Positions 24,380 through 37,798 of a stretch of DNA of 64,000 bases are shown piece after piece. The stretch is from Lama glama (lineage: Eukaryota). Every line of letters begins with the position of its first letter. Within the stretch, counting starts at the first letter, position 1. The translations under genes and the position numbers were made by a program. The stretch spans positions 7,938,001-8,002,000 of the forward strand of contig CM052817.1 in NCBI GenBank assembly GCA_028534125.1. The letters are read 5' to 3'. Below the pieces are notes generated by a model, which was not told where the DNA came from, searched no databases, and saw nothing but the letters and a program-made list of their open reading frames with translations.

Positions 24380-24990
24380 TTCTAACACAATATTATTAAT
24401 ATAATTAATCACATCATGAATTAACAGAATAAAATTATATATTCACTTTAATAAATTCTTATACAATGTATAATAAAATTCAAAATCCATTATTGTTTAC
24501 TTTAAATCTTAGTAAAAATGAAAAGAAGACTATTTCTTTAACATGACAAAAGATATTGACCTAAAAATTAATTGACAGAATTACTCCTAGCTGTAGTATA
24601 TCAGATGAATTCCTATGAAAGTCAAGGACAAGACAAGAACAACAGGTACTGCCTATTTTATTTACCAGTCTTGTGTAACTTCTAGATAATACCATAAGAT
24701 AAAATAAAGAAATAAGACTTTAAAATGTCTCATATGCTTATAAATGTATAAATGTCTTATAAATAAAAGCTTTATTTATCTGAGGCATATATAGTTGTAT
24801 ACCTAGAAAATACACAAAAATATTAAATGAATAACTTTTGAAGTAATAAGATAGTTCAATAACATAACTGTTAAAAATACATATTTTAAAAGTTTTCCTA
24901 TATGTCTGAAATAATTATAAGATGTAATACAAAAAGATCTCTTTTACAATAACAAAAATACTTTAAATTCCTATGAATAGACCTAAAAAG
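24380..24990 (+). mobile_element. Highly degenerate L1 ORF2 fragment
   Basis: A-rich; AAGTCAAGGACAAGACAAG and ATAGTTGTATACCTAGAAAA resemble the RT-region consensus. Confidence 0.5.
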
Positions 24991-25464
24991 AAATTTGCTG
25001 CATTCATTTTAAGAGTACTTGTATGCTATTTATAGAATTTATGCTATATTGACATAATACAATGTGCAAATTAACACTTTGACCTGAAAGAATCAAAGGG
25101 AAAGAGACAATATTAGAGACTGGAAGGTCAGTTGAGAGGCCATTGGTATATTCTAGGCAAGAGATGATAAGGCTCTGAACTAGCAAAGTAGCAATAGATA
25201 CAGTAAGGAGGAAGAAAATTGGCTGATATTTAAGGGCTAGAATTTGACAGAATCACCACGGGAGGTGATCAATAGTGAATGGAGTTTCTAAACAAATTTG
25301 CACTAGCTCATAGCATAGAAAATGGTCTTGAAAGTCAAGACTTGCGTGTGCATAATCAAAACTTGAAAGAGGAAATTTTTTTTTCAATTCCAAAAGTTTA
25401 GCTTGGAATACCAAGAGCTGGGCTCCAAAAGATTCTGCACGTAAAGTTGATACTATAAACTAGT

Positions 25465-25735
25465 ATTTTGCAAACCTCTGGTTTCACTTCATTGGTGGAT
25501 TGTGAAATCAATGTGTAAGTTACAGCCAGATTGGTTCAATGAGAGACTAGAATAATATAAAACACCACCAGCGTGTATTACACATACAAGGATAATTCAT
25601 GTTTCTTGAATTTTTTTTGTTTTGTATACATTCATGTGTGTATGTGTGTGTGTCTGTGTGTGTGTGTGTGTTGGGCCTCAGTGTAAAATCCATTTCTTAC
25701 TGTGAGTCATGTCCAAGACTTGGAAAACACTGCTA
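25465..25735. mobile_element. hAT-Charlie-type non-autonomous DNA transposon with internal (TG)n
   Basis: TGAAATCAAT...TGTAAAATCCATTTCTTACTGTGAGTC...GGAAAACACTG. A related copy lies in the opposite orientation at about 36160-36430. Confidence 0.55.
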
Positions 25736-27679
25736 TAAATAATAAACTTGGGGAAACACTGAGGAAGAGTCTGACCGCCCAGCTTCTCAATAGATTGGAT
25801 AAACCAGCTTCAATTAGGAAAGTCCATTAGCTTAGGGGTGACGAATCGTGAAAAGAATTAAAAGAAGGTAAGAACTACCGTGAAAATGCAGCCCCAAGCT
25901 GAGTCTGGAAGCCTGAGATGGACATTTGGGAGAAGGGAGAGCAGTCCTAGGAAGAGGAGCAGCAAACGCAAAGATTGGAGGTGGGAAAATGTAATGGGTG
26001 TTAGAGGACAAAGAGGAGGTCCATCCGGCTGCAGCCAAGTTAGACTGAGTCATGGAGAGCTGAGGAGGTCTAATCGGAAGTCTATCTGGTAGGAGGGCTG
26101 TTTTTGATGGTTAGTTGGGTGTCATGGACTATTTTTGCTTTGGTGAATGACGTGAAGATAACAGGATGGCCCGGAGGAAAAAGGAACTGAGGGAAGAATC
26201 TTTATAAGTCTTGTAAATAACTAGGCTCAAGGGAACGGACAAGATTTGTAACAGAGGCCATAAAAATAACAAACTGTACGCATTCCAGGGTGAAAGCCTT
26301 AAAAGCTCTTGGGGACGGGCTAAAAGGAAAGAACAGGGGAAAAGAGTCCTAAGACAAAAGCCTCCCGCTCTTGGGCATTGCAAGTAAGTCTGTTAGCGTT
26401 GCCGGAATAATCAGTACTGTTAATATCCTAAATAAGGATTTTACACCTCCATTACACTTCATTACCTCAAAGTGTCTTCACATCCGTTAATCATTTGATT
26501 TTTATAATAACCTTGAGAGACAATAAGGGGACATACCACTATCTCTATTTTAAAGATGGAGAAACTGTATCCCAAAGAGCTTATCTGGATTCCCAAGATC
26601 ACACAGTTAGTGATGGCCCTGAAGTCCCCAGATCTTTCCCTTGTTAGCCAGGATTCTCACATTATCCCACAGGCCATACCTCAAGTATCACCATTCTCTA
26701 CTAATGACCCATCAATTTGTTGATTAAAATTATTCCAAGAATTGAATTGGCTCAGTATTTCAGGGAGAAAGCCCGTTAGGAAGGTCACTGTGGCTTGGTG
26801 TAAGTTTGTTTAGTAAATATTTTTCTTATTTGGAGGTTTTAATTTTAAGTATGTGGTCTACTCTTTTTGTATGATTATTTGCTCAAAAAAATTTTTAGTC
26901 AGCAACACACCTCATAAAAATTTAATATGCTTCAGAGCTCTCTTTACCATTTGAAAAAAGCACAAATCAGGCATTCTTGCATTTTGAAGGTGGCACCCTT
27001 ATGACTGGGCTCTCTCTGAAGAAGGTGCTTCCCAACTTTGCAGTGAAATTGCTCTTTTTTAAGAGAAAATTACACTCAGATGGAGAGTTGTCTTAGACAG
27101 CACTTCCACTCACTGAGTCTGAACATCAGCCACTCAGATGTGTCATGATTTTCCAGGTCACCTGCACATTTCTCTCCTTAATCTTGAAAAGGCTCTGCTC
27201 GCTAATGTATCTTTGGTTTTCAGGGCAGGAAGAGGATGGCTCAGCTATCAAACAGCCCTGGGTTTGAGTTGCAGCTCTGGCTCTCCTTGGACACACAACC
27301 TTGAAAAATTTAACCCACCTCCCTGAACATCATTTTCTCACCTGTCCCATGACGTGGTTAAGCTTCACATCACAGGGTTACTGCATGGATGTCAGAGAGG
27401 AAACTTGAGAGCACTGAGCTTGAAGTCAGCCTTCATCGATTATTTATTACTTAAGAGCCTCTGAAAGATAAGGTTTGCCAAGAGAGCAATCTGTGGGTTC
27501 CTAGCTTCACTTATGTGGAGAATTAGCAGTTAGAACTCCCAGCCATTCTCTTTTACCAGGTCCAGAGATTTATACCCATGGGCCCTTACCTGGTCATATT
27601 CTACAATCAACTGCTTTGAGCAAGAAGTTGTTAAAGTGCATTCATAGTTGGAGAGAAACAGCCCTGGCTTCTTCAATTC

Positions 27680-28510
27680 CTTCCATCAAATAATATTTAT
27701 TGAACATTTACTATGTGCTAGCCATTGTTCTGGGCATTGAGGATAAAGAAAGACAATGGATAAAATTCTTGATCTACCAGGGTTTACCTTCTGTTGAAGG
27801 AGACAGACAAGGGTAGACAAGCAAGTAAACAAGAAGCTGTATTAGACAGAGACTGGTCCAATATAGAACATTAACAGAGTGCTGTGAGAATGTGGGGCGC
27901 TCCGTTAGATAGGCCAGTCAAAGAAGTCTTTCTGAGGAAGTGACATTTAATCTGGGAATCAACTGATAGGTCCTGCCCACGTGAGAATTAAAACAAAGAG
28001 CAAAGGCCATTAAGTGGAAATTACCTTGGGATTCTCATGCGATGGAGAGCACCAGGGTGGCTGGCAGGGGAGTGTGGCGGGAGTCTTGGGATGAGAATAG
28101 GTTGTTTATGGAAAAGGGTGAGAAAGGAAGAGGCCAGATCACACAGTGCCTCACAGACCAGGGGAAAGAGGCAGGATTTTGTTCTAAGAGGAACTGAGTT
28201 CATTAGAGGATATTAAACAAGGAAAGGTCATGACTAGTTTTTTCAAAGTGCACTCAGTCTGCTCTTTGTAGGGCAAGGACAGGAGCAGGACATCTCTTTG
28301 AATGTATTGTGGAGGTCCAGAAAAGAGAAAGGGCTGTAGACAATGAAGCTCATGGTGGAGATGGAGAAAACTGAACACATTCAAAATATATGTTGGAAGT
28401 TGAATTGACAAGGTGTAGTGGGTGAGCATGATAAAGAGAGAAACTGAGACTATCCCTAGAATGTTGGTTTGGTTAAGTGGGTGAATTGTGGTGTTGTTCA
28501 CTGAGAAGGG
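27680..28510 (-). mobile_element. L2 3' fragment
   Basis: AATATTTATTGAACATTTACTATGTGCTAGCCATTGTTCTGGGC...TCTGAGGAAGTGACATTT...GGCCAGATCACACAG. Confidence 0.8.
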
Positions 28511-28516
28511 GAAGTG

Positions 28517-28572
28517 GGAAGGAAGGAAGGAAGGAAGGAAGGAAGGAAGGAAGGAAGGAAGGAAGGAAGGAA
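28517..28572. repeat. (GGAA)14 microsatellite
   Basis: Read directly from the sequence. Confidence 0.95.
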
Positions 28573-30430
28573 GGAGGGAGGGAAAGGGAGAGGAAGAAAC
28601 ATTATTAAGAGATGGAAGCTCAGGGACCTGATCTATACATGCAGGAGCCTTCATCTTTCTATCCTCAGGGCTGAGTACCATGCCTTACACAGCCCTGGGA
28701 CCTCAGTAACTCGAGTTCATGCGATGGGGAGACGAGAGCATGATCTTAAAAGTCTAGACCTGTTGCTTTACTTACAAGCCTCTAATTTCTCTGAGCTTCA
28801 ATTTCCTGTCCTGAAACATTGGAATAAGAAGACTTACTTTGCCTATTTCATGGAATGTTGTATCAAAATTAGGTATGTATGGAAAAGTACTTTGAAACTG
28901 TAAGCCACTGGGCAAACATACGTTTTACAGAAAGGAGTATGACCTCATGTTAGAAGGTAAGTTTTATGACATTAAAGACTCAGTCTATCTTACTCCTTGT
29001 CTCCAGCACCTAAAATGGAGGTTCTCAATAAATACATGTTAAGTGAATGAAAGAATAAGAACAGATTCTCATGGAATGGAGAGCTAGAGGCCATGAACAC
29101 TAGAGATCCCCCAGAATGTTATCATATAATTAGTTTGACACACATTTGCCTGCTTCATAGTCCAGGAACCCATTTTATTCATCTTTGTAGGACCACTAAA
29201 GTCCAGCACACAGTAGGTGTGCAGTGAAAGGCCAGTGAATCAAGTTCTCGGCAAACCAGACTGTGAGCCACTAGCCACTAACATACAGGGACTGTGCTTC
29301 ACCAGAAGACCACACCGGTCAGCACCCTTGGACACCTCCTGCTTCCTGGGACCTGCAAGCTTACCATTTCCTCTCTCAAATCCGGGGCAAAGTGTGCCAA
29401 AGAGAAAAAGGAACACAGGAAGCCCTGGGGTCAACATGGCACCTCCTATAGCGAGCTAATGTCACTAGGAAAGTGGAGTGAGGACGTGGGAACAAAATGG
29501 TCCCACCCCTTAGGTCTGACTTGTTCATTAACCTGTATCCAGTGCTTGCGCATAGCTTGTCCTCAGAAGACAGCTGTTGCAATGAATGAACAATACATTC
29601 AGGAATACATATTAGACACACTTGGAGAGATTATAAAGCAGAATTCATATTTTTAAAAAGATGGTCAGGATTCTTAAGAAGGATTTCAAGTTTGAGGTTC
29701 ATCACGTCCAGCTACACCCCCTGAATTCCAGTGGGTACAAGGGGCCTGCATATTCTCTGCACTTTGAGTGACCTAAAAGATAGGAGATGCAAAATGGAAA
29801 GTTCCAAATGCAGGTGCTACCTGGAGGCTGCAGTCAGGGCCTAGTCTCTCCAAGCATCATCTATAGCCCCTCTTACCTTTACATTTAGGGAATTCACCCT
29901 CTCAAATGTAAGCCCTATAACTCAGTGTTCAGCATGGTGAGAAAAAAGTGGGTCATCCTACAGGGTTCCAAAGATAGTTTATTTGTCTGGAGCTGATAAA
30001 TTCTGAACATGTCTCCTGCTTTAATATGGGGAACTTCCTCCTATGTGACTCAATGTTAGATTAGAAAATTTATGTATATAGATGAAGATATATAGTTATA
30101 TTGGAAAATTCCTTATGTCATACTGCATACTGGAATATTTAGGGGTGGCATGTCCTGATGTCTATACTTTAATTAAGCAGAAAAAAAAGAAAGTAAATAT
30201 GGAAAACTGACAATTACTGCTAATCTAGATGAGGGAAATATGGGTGTGTATTGTATTATTTTTAGTTTTCCATATATTTGAAATTTTTCATGATAAGAAT
30301 AGAAATAAATCAAAGCATCGTAAGTGAGGAATATCTATCTGGGAAGACTGTTTGAGAGTATTAAATGAGGTACTTATCACAGAGGCATAATGGATGCTCA
30401 GGAAACATTAATTCCAGTAACTGCTGAGTT

Positions 30431-30928
30431 TGTAATAGGGAAGAAAAGATTTGACTCCACTTTAGATCTGTTCCTTTAGTTGTAACCCTGTGCTCTGTTT
30501 CCTGTGCGTAGTCATACTGGTTCTGTACCTTTTGTAAAAGAATGTTGCCTAGAGCCTGAAATACACAGGCTAGACAGCCCATTCTCAAGGCTCTGACCTT
30601 TAAGGTTGTAACACTTCTCCATTCATACAGAGATAATAAGTTGCAGAACACAGAATAACATTTGTCTTGTCAGAGGTTTACAGGAACATCATGACCTGGG
30701 CAGCTGCAAAAACAAAGGACTCTGACACCAAGAAGTTTGCAACAAACAACCACACCCCATCTCCTTTCAGTATAAAAGGAGCCTAAATACTGCCAGGGGT
30801 AAGATGATTCTCCAGGATGTTAGTCTGCCATCTTCTTGGTTTGCTGATTTTCTGAATAAAGCTGCTACTGCTTGCCCCGACACTTTGTTCCCTATGTATT
30901 GGCCTGTCACGAGTTTGGACTCGTAACA
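30431..30928 (+). mobile_element. Solo LTR, same ERV1-type family as 1611-2113
   Basis: TGTAATA...TAACA termini, 4-bp TSD AGTT (30427-30430 and 30929-30932), TATAAAA at 30771 and AATAAA at 30855. Shares TTCTCAAGGCTCTGA, AAGTTGCAGAA and CGAGTTTGGACTCG with the reverse complement of the first LTR. Confidence 0.92.
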
Positions 30929-33919
30929 AGTTCACATATAGGCACACTCTCTTAGCAACTTCTCCTTTGAAAACAAAGTGAAACCTCCACTTTTGGGCAA
31001 CATGATAAATCACATAACTTAATCCTATTTCGTAGCCTCGTATGGGAGTTTTGTATCCAAGATCTCTTGGGCACAAAGACCATGACATAGGCAATGATGG
31101 GCCATTGGAGGAGAGTTTTCTATTGACTATTTCTTTCTAAAAAGAAGGATGAGGCAGAAATAAAAGCAAGCTGCACCTTTGAGAGATGTGGGTGTGTCCC
31201 CACTCCTGCACTAACAAGAGCATGAACTTGACAACTGATCGACATGATGGAGCCTCAGTTTTCATAGCTGCATGACAGGATCCCTGTGCTGCCCACAGTG
31301 ATGTTCCAAGGGTTAAGGAAGAGCTCATGCACAAAGGGGCTAACACGTACAGCACGAGGTAAGCAGGAGCAATGTTAACTGCCTCCCACCAACCCCCTGC
31401 AAAAAGGCACAAAGACCAAGCAAAGGGCCTGATTGGGGTGCCTGATTAAAAAGTTGGGATTTAGGCAGTGAGTGATGATTTGTACACTGATCGTCGGTTA
31501 GCATCAATTATTTTGCTCTGTTTTTTCATTGGTTTTCTTTTAATTAACATGCTTTAAGGAGAAAATGAGAAAAGACAAGAAAAGCTTATATCAACAAACA
31601 AGCCACTTTTAGAACATGTCCTGGAAGCAGGACTCAGTCAAGCCAAAAATGACACCCTGCCCAGTGAGCAAGACAGGCCTTGGGTCCTCACTGAACAGTC
31701 AAGAAACCGAGTCATCAACTGGCCAGAAAGGGGGAGAGTCAGGCCAAGGCCTGGGCAGTGGGGGTGGATCTGAATGCAGTGGCTGCTCTTGTGTGAACAA
31801 GAGGTGCTTGTTGCAGAGGCGGGAAGAAGAGACCGGACAGGAGAATAGAGCATCTCCTTTTCACACCTCCAGCCCCCAAGTGGCAAAGCCACACAAGGAG
31901 GACATTCCGAGAGTGCAGATGTGGGCAGGACGGTGTGTTAAATGCACAGGGTAGCTGATTCACTGGGACAGGAGTTCAAGTGTCAACAGTCCTCTGAAGG
32001 CCCACAGCAGAGCAGCGAGGCCTCCCTGGGAACTGTGAACACTTTGAAACAGACCGACCATAAATAAGACCCAGGGACTGGGACCAAGGGACTGGAGCAC
32101 TGAGATGCTGCTTCTCAGGGAGGCAGGCGGAGTGGACTTTTTACGGCTGATCTGTGGGTAAGAGATGCCCATAAATGGCCCCAAGGATGCAGGTAGGGGT
32201 GACAGCCTTCTGGGATGCTCAACTCACATTCCAGCTCTGCTTTCTGTAGAGGAAAGATGCTTCTGACGGGTGTGTGTTCCTGCAGACCTGCTGCACGTGC
32301 TGAGAGCAGGGAGGCGCCCAGGCCCCATGGGCGAGGCTTCCTCCAGAACTGTCAGGAAGTGTCTACAAGGACCCAAAGAAACACCCTTGTCCCTGAACCT
32401 GGAGGTGAGCCCAGGTGGGTGAGCACTTAACCTCCGTCTGGCACATCTGACCCTCACAGGGGCACTCGCTCGTTCATTCACTCACTCATCCTCACCACAG
32501 ACATCCACTGACCTTTACTCCCTGCCAGACACTACACTCAGCCCCAGGGAATTTGAATGTTGTAGCTGATCTGCACGCAATCATTCCTTCCTTCATTCAT
32601 TTGTTCATCCAGTGGACATTACTGAGCATCGCTCTACAGAGTAAGTTTTAGAATTGCAGCAGTGAGCAAGACAGACCTCCTCCCTGACCTCACTGATAGT
32701 CTAATGGTTGGAGGGTATTCAGAGAGTCGGGTGATCTCAGTTTAAAGCCCCTGGACAGGTAGCTTGAGCCTCAGTTTCCTCACCTGTAAAATGGGCATCA
32801 TCCTCTTTCTCTCCCAGAGTCGCTGTGAGGTTCAGAAATAAAAGATGTGAAAACTTCACTCCAGTCTTCATGGGTTGGTAAGTACTCTTGTGGAGAGAGG
32901 TTTTGTAACTTCCCCCTGAGCTATTTACCTACAGACAAAGAGGTCTCCAAAAAGCTGTATCAAGTTACTTACTCAGAAGTGGGGGATGGGGAATTTCATA
33001 AAGAGACCACTGTGAATGCAGTGACTTATTGAGTGTAGAAGACTGTTGGAGCAGGGCAGAAATCACTTCCATTTATGTTCAAAGAGCATTTTGTGGTTTA
33101 CAAAGGCGTTTTTGTAATACGTAGAGCGCTTTGTTAAGAGTTAGCCTCGCTCAGGTAGAGCGCAGTGACGGGGCAGAAGCTGGTTACCTGGTTTGCCTAC
33201 CCTGGAGGCAAGAAAGTTAATTCCAATATCTGGTTCATATCTTGATACCTGATAGACTTCAGGAATACACTGAGAATAACTGAATCTAAACTACGAGAAA
33301 AAGAATGATATGCAGATCTCTACACACGTGACATGAACCGATGCCCAGGATACAAACCCTGCCCATGAGTTCTCGAACTTTCTCGACCAAAATGCGTGCC
33401 CATTGGTAATATCTCTTTTGCAGGTAGTAATTTTCAGTTGGTTGAGAAAGGGGAGAAAGGGGCAGAGAGAGGATGTCATAAGGGAAAAATTCATTAAAAT
33501 CTGCCAGAACACAGCAGTTATTTAACAAAGTCTTCTTGACACTGATGCTCCCCACCTCAATTTGAGAATCACCACAGGACAGAGAAGAGATGACATGTGC
33601 CTGGTGTCTCTGACTGGATCCTGCTCAGTGTACCACCCTGACACCGCATCAGTCTCTATGCCCTCACTGTCCCATGATAAACTGTGCTTAACCCAACCTG
33701 CATCGGAACAGACATTTCCTCACTCTGGGACTGAACTGTCTAATTGATAAGAATTCTCAGTCTCTTTGTCTGCAATTGTTTAGCTTTTTTTTTTTTTGGC
33801 CCTTTTTTGGGTATTTTTATTACTCTTTAATACATTAAATGCATTCATTCCTTCCTTCATAAATTGAACTGATTTTTTAAGTACCTATAATTTAACAACT
33901 GTTGTTTTAAGATTTTTTA

Positions 33920-34110
33920 CTATTATTTTTTCGTTTAAGCATAGTTGATTTACAACACTGTGCTAGTTTCAGGGTATGGCAAAGTGATTCAGATACATAT
34001 ATTATTTTATTATTTTTCAGAGCTTTTCCATTATAGGTCAAGATATTGAATATAGCTCCCTGTGCTATACAGTAGGTCCTTGTTGTTTATTTTATATACA
34101 GTAGTGTGTT
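33920..34110 (-). mobile_element. Short L1 3'UTR fragment
   Basis: ATAGTTGATTTACAAC...AAGATATTGAATATAGCTCCCTGTGCTATACAGTAGGTCCTTGTTG. Confidence 0.85.
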
Positions 34111-34911
34111 GGCTGTATTTTTGTGGTTCTCACCATTCCTTTCCTGATGGCCACAGCGCAGCTCCCTGTCATGCCAAAACCTGGGGACACCTGTCAGCTT
34201 TCTCTAGACACCCTGTAAGTGTGCCTGCTGCAGACGTCTGTGACTGAGGGTGACTTCTGACTTATTCATCTCCGCAGTATAGCAGTGGGAAGCATAATAG
34301 AGATCACCTGATTTTCAGCACTAACAGAAAATTCTACCCCACTGGGGACATGGCAACAACTCTCAGTTATTATCTGTACTCCAGAAAAAAAGAAAAAAGA
34401 AAGAAAGCAAGGTGCTGTTCTCCAGCTGAGGTAGCCTGTGTCTTTCTTGTTGACCATTTTCTGCTAACTTATGTGTGGACTAGCCCCCCTGAGCTGACAC
34501 CAATTTGAGCCTCAAGTACATAGATCTGTATCAGTTTTAAAAACATTTTGCAGAAACAGAATAGGGGGTTCTTGTCCTTCATTTCATCTAGCACCAAGCC
34601 GACTAAGCACCTCTGGTCAATCACCCAGCTTCTTTTTGAGAAGCTGTCATGGGCCTCTCTGACCCTCAGTCTCTTGATCTGTCACCCAGATGCTTGCTCT
34701 CTCCTCATCCACAGAGACTGTTTCTGCTTTGACTTTGGCTACAACTCCATGCAGAAGTCAGCTCTGTGCTAGTTTCCACAAGAAATCCAATCACAGCAGA
34801 AGTTCATGACTTTTTAGTGATTGTATCTGAAAGTTGGTGGAGTCCTGGGAAGAAGGTCAGCTCATGCCATCACAGCAGATTCCACTATGGAGCCCAGCTT
34901 CTCCAAGGTTC

Positions 34912-35742
34912 CATCATCACCTTACACCAGAATGGCCAACAACAAAAAGTCCACAAATGATAAATGCTGGAGAGGGTGTGGAGAAAAGGAAACCCTCCTA
35001 CGCTGCTGGTGGGAATGCAGTTTGGTGCAGCCATTATGGAAAACAGTATGGAGATTCCTCAAAAGACTGAAAATGGATTTACCATATGATCCAGTAATCC
35101 CACTCCTGGGCATATATCCAGAGGGAATCTCAATTCAAAAAGATACATGCACCCTAATGTTCACAGCAGCACTATATATAGTAGCCAAGACATGGAAACA
35201 ACCTAAATGTCCATCGACAGATGACTGGATAAAGAAGTTGTAATATATTTATACAATGGAATACTACTAAGCCATAAAAAAGAATAAAATTATGCCATTT
35301 GCAGCAACATGGGTAGACCTGGAGATCATCATTCTAAGTGAAGTAAGCCAGAAAGAGAAAAATACCATATGATATCACTTATATGTGGAATCTAAAAAAA
35401 AAAGAAAGACTAATGAACTTAGACATAAAACAGAAACAGACTCACAGACATAGAAAACAAACTTATGTTCACCAGTGGGGGAAGGGAGTGGGAAGGGATA
35501 AACTGGGAGTTTGAGATTTGCAGGTACTAACTACTATATATAAAATAGATAAACAATAAGTTCCTACTGTATAGCACAGGGAATTATATTCAATATATAG
35601 TAGTAACTTATGCTGAAAAAGACTATGAAAATGAATATATGTACATCCATGTATGACTGAAGCATTCTGCTGTACACCGGAAATTGACTCAACATTATAA
35701 ACTGACTATACTTCAATTAAAAAAATACACACATTAAAAAAA
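34912..35742 (+). mobile_element. L1 3' end (ORF2 C-terminus and 3'UTR), inactive
   Basis: [53 protein letters not shown]...WKQPKCPSTDDWIKKL* with a premature TAA at 35241-35243; A-rich tail. Confidence 0.95.
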
Positions 35743-36159
35743 CAATAATTTTCTCTCCACCTCACCACCTCCCCTCTCCCAAGCAACCCCACTGGCCTCC
35801 CCCTGCACACAAGCCCCCTCTTCTACAGCTCACTTCACAGGAAACAGGGACCTTCTCCTTTCTTCCTGAGAGCATCTCCAGCCCAGACATCCTTCCCAGG
35901 CCTCGTCTAAAGGTTTCTCCAGATAAAGATAATCCCTTCTAGAAGGAAAAGTTGAGGCACAAGTCTCTCCTCCTCTACAAGAAGAATGCAAAGAGTAAAT
36001 GTAACCGCATGTCCCTCCTCCACTCCAGGTTCTGATGAAGGCCAAATGAAGGGGCGGGTGCAAGCATTTTTTTGTAAAATGTAAAATATTAATCAAATGT
36101 GAGGGGTGATGGTGGTGGTGACAGCAGTCATGTGACATTAGAGACGGGAGGACTGACTA

Positions 36160-36430
36160 GTCCAGTGCTTTTCATACATTTCCAGCAATAATGGACAATA
36201 AGAAACATATGCATTTCACATCTAGACCCAGCGCATACATCCCACCCCCACCACACGCACACGCAACTGAAACAAAGATTTCACAAAGCGACGTCTACCT
36301 TATTGTGTGCAATCTACTCTAAGTTTTTTACTCTTCCCTTCTATTGCATTTTAAAATGCTAGTTGTGGCCCACAAGATTTCTTTCAAAACCCACCCAGTG
36401 AGTCACCAGCCTTACTTAAAAGAGCCCTGA
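36160..36430. mobile_element. hAT-Charlie-type non-autonomous DNA transposon
   Basis: CAGTGCTTTTCA...CAACTGAAACAAAGATTTCACAAA...TTTTAAAATGCTAGTTGTGGCCCAC. Reverse-orientation relative of 25465-25735. Confidence 0.55.
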
Positions 36431-37769
36431 TGTAGTCCCAGTATAATTCTTTAAAGATGACGAAAACAAGGCCCACTTATTTTTTTGTAAACAAACATCT
36501 ACTGCCCACTTACACACTCACACAGTGTGCTGACCTTGGGGAATGACAAGGCCGTGTTCACCCTGAGGACTTCACTGTCTAGCAAACGGCGGGTGAAGAG
36601 GCACGTCTGGGCGATGACGGGTCAAGTTCACATCATTCCAGGGCAAGGACTAGAGCTAATTCTACCGATAGGTTTCTATTTTTTTTAACTGCTTGCCTGT
36701 AGTTTTGAAAAATAGCAATGCTTTTAATTGTGTTTTTAAATATTTCCATTTGCAACAACTGTTGACAAAAAAAATTAAATTTTCTTATAAATGTTCATGA
36801 CTTTCTCTCTGTGTATATAAATCAGCCAGAGCCTGGGGTCAAAGCAGAGCAGCGTAAGAGGGAATAGTAGGCCTTCAGGAGCCAAAAAAATACACATTCT
36901 CAGTTTTTTTTATAGCATTTTACAGCTTAAAGTACACTTCACATAACATTGTGTATTTCATTTCAATATTCACAATCATCCCATTGTTTTATTGTTCCCA
37001 TTTTATGGATAGAAAGCTGAGGCACAGGCAGTGACTCACCTAGGGTCACTCAGTCAGCAAGGGGCAGGAATAACAAATCTTCAACGGGCTGTCATGGGAA
37101 ATAAAGAGGCAGCATAGGTTAGACCCAGATTCGAGGAGGCCTGGGTCTGTCCTGGGGCAACAGTTATGAAAAGTCATAATCCCTGATAAATTCATCAATT
37201 TCGAGTCATTATAAAAATCATCTATTTGCTTCAGTATGTCATGAATGCCCCACATAAACTTCGCTTTACCACCCCTTTCCTGGCAGGACTTCTATTCCAG
37301 CAGAGGATGCGAGGAAGCAGTGCTCCAAAGCCACTCCCAGCCTTAAGTCTCAGTCAAAAAGAGCCTCAGGACAGAAGCCAAAAGTTCATTGTCTCCGCCC
37401 AACGTGGCACTGACTCGCAGTCTCCACTCCCAGAGTGGGTTTCCTTCTCCAAACTGTTTATTTATTTCTAGAAATTCTCACCAGGCTAATAACCAAAAAC
37501 TGACATTTGTCTAAAAGAGCTCAGACTGGGAGAAAATGCAAAGCCCCTGAAGGGACAGTTGTGTGAACTTGAGCGAGGGGATTTTAAACCCCACTTGCAA
37601 ATCAGAGCCAGAGGTCATTGTGAGAAACAGACAGGAGACAAATTCAACTATAGCTGATCTCTGCAAGGCCTAGATCCTTGCAGAAAAAAAAATATAAATA
37701 AATAGAACACGTACTTCCATTCGTTAGGCTTACAGAATTCTCCTCCTAAATTTCCTTTGTCTATCGTTA

Positions 37770-37798
37770 GCGCGCGCGCACACACACACACACACACA
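37770..37798. repeat. (GC)5(AC)9 alternating purine-pyrimidine repeat
   Basis: Read directly from the sequence. Confidence 0.9.

Noticed and set aside
28184..28903. ORFs with PSFL and RKEG repeats
   Set aside because: They are translations of the (GGAA)n microsatellite and flanking L2.
1611..30928. The two related LTRs as the ends of one provirus
   Set aside because: They have opposite orientations and separate TSDs, lie 28 kb apart, and no gag/pol/env is visible between them.
34821..35243. 140-aa ORF as a gene
   Set aside because: It is the L1 ORF2 C-terminal remnant with premature stops.
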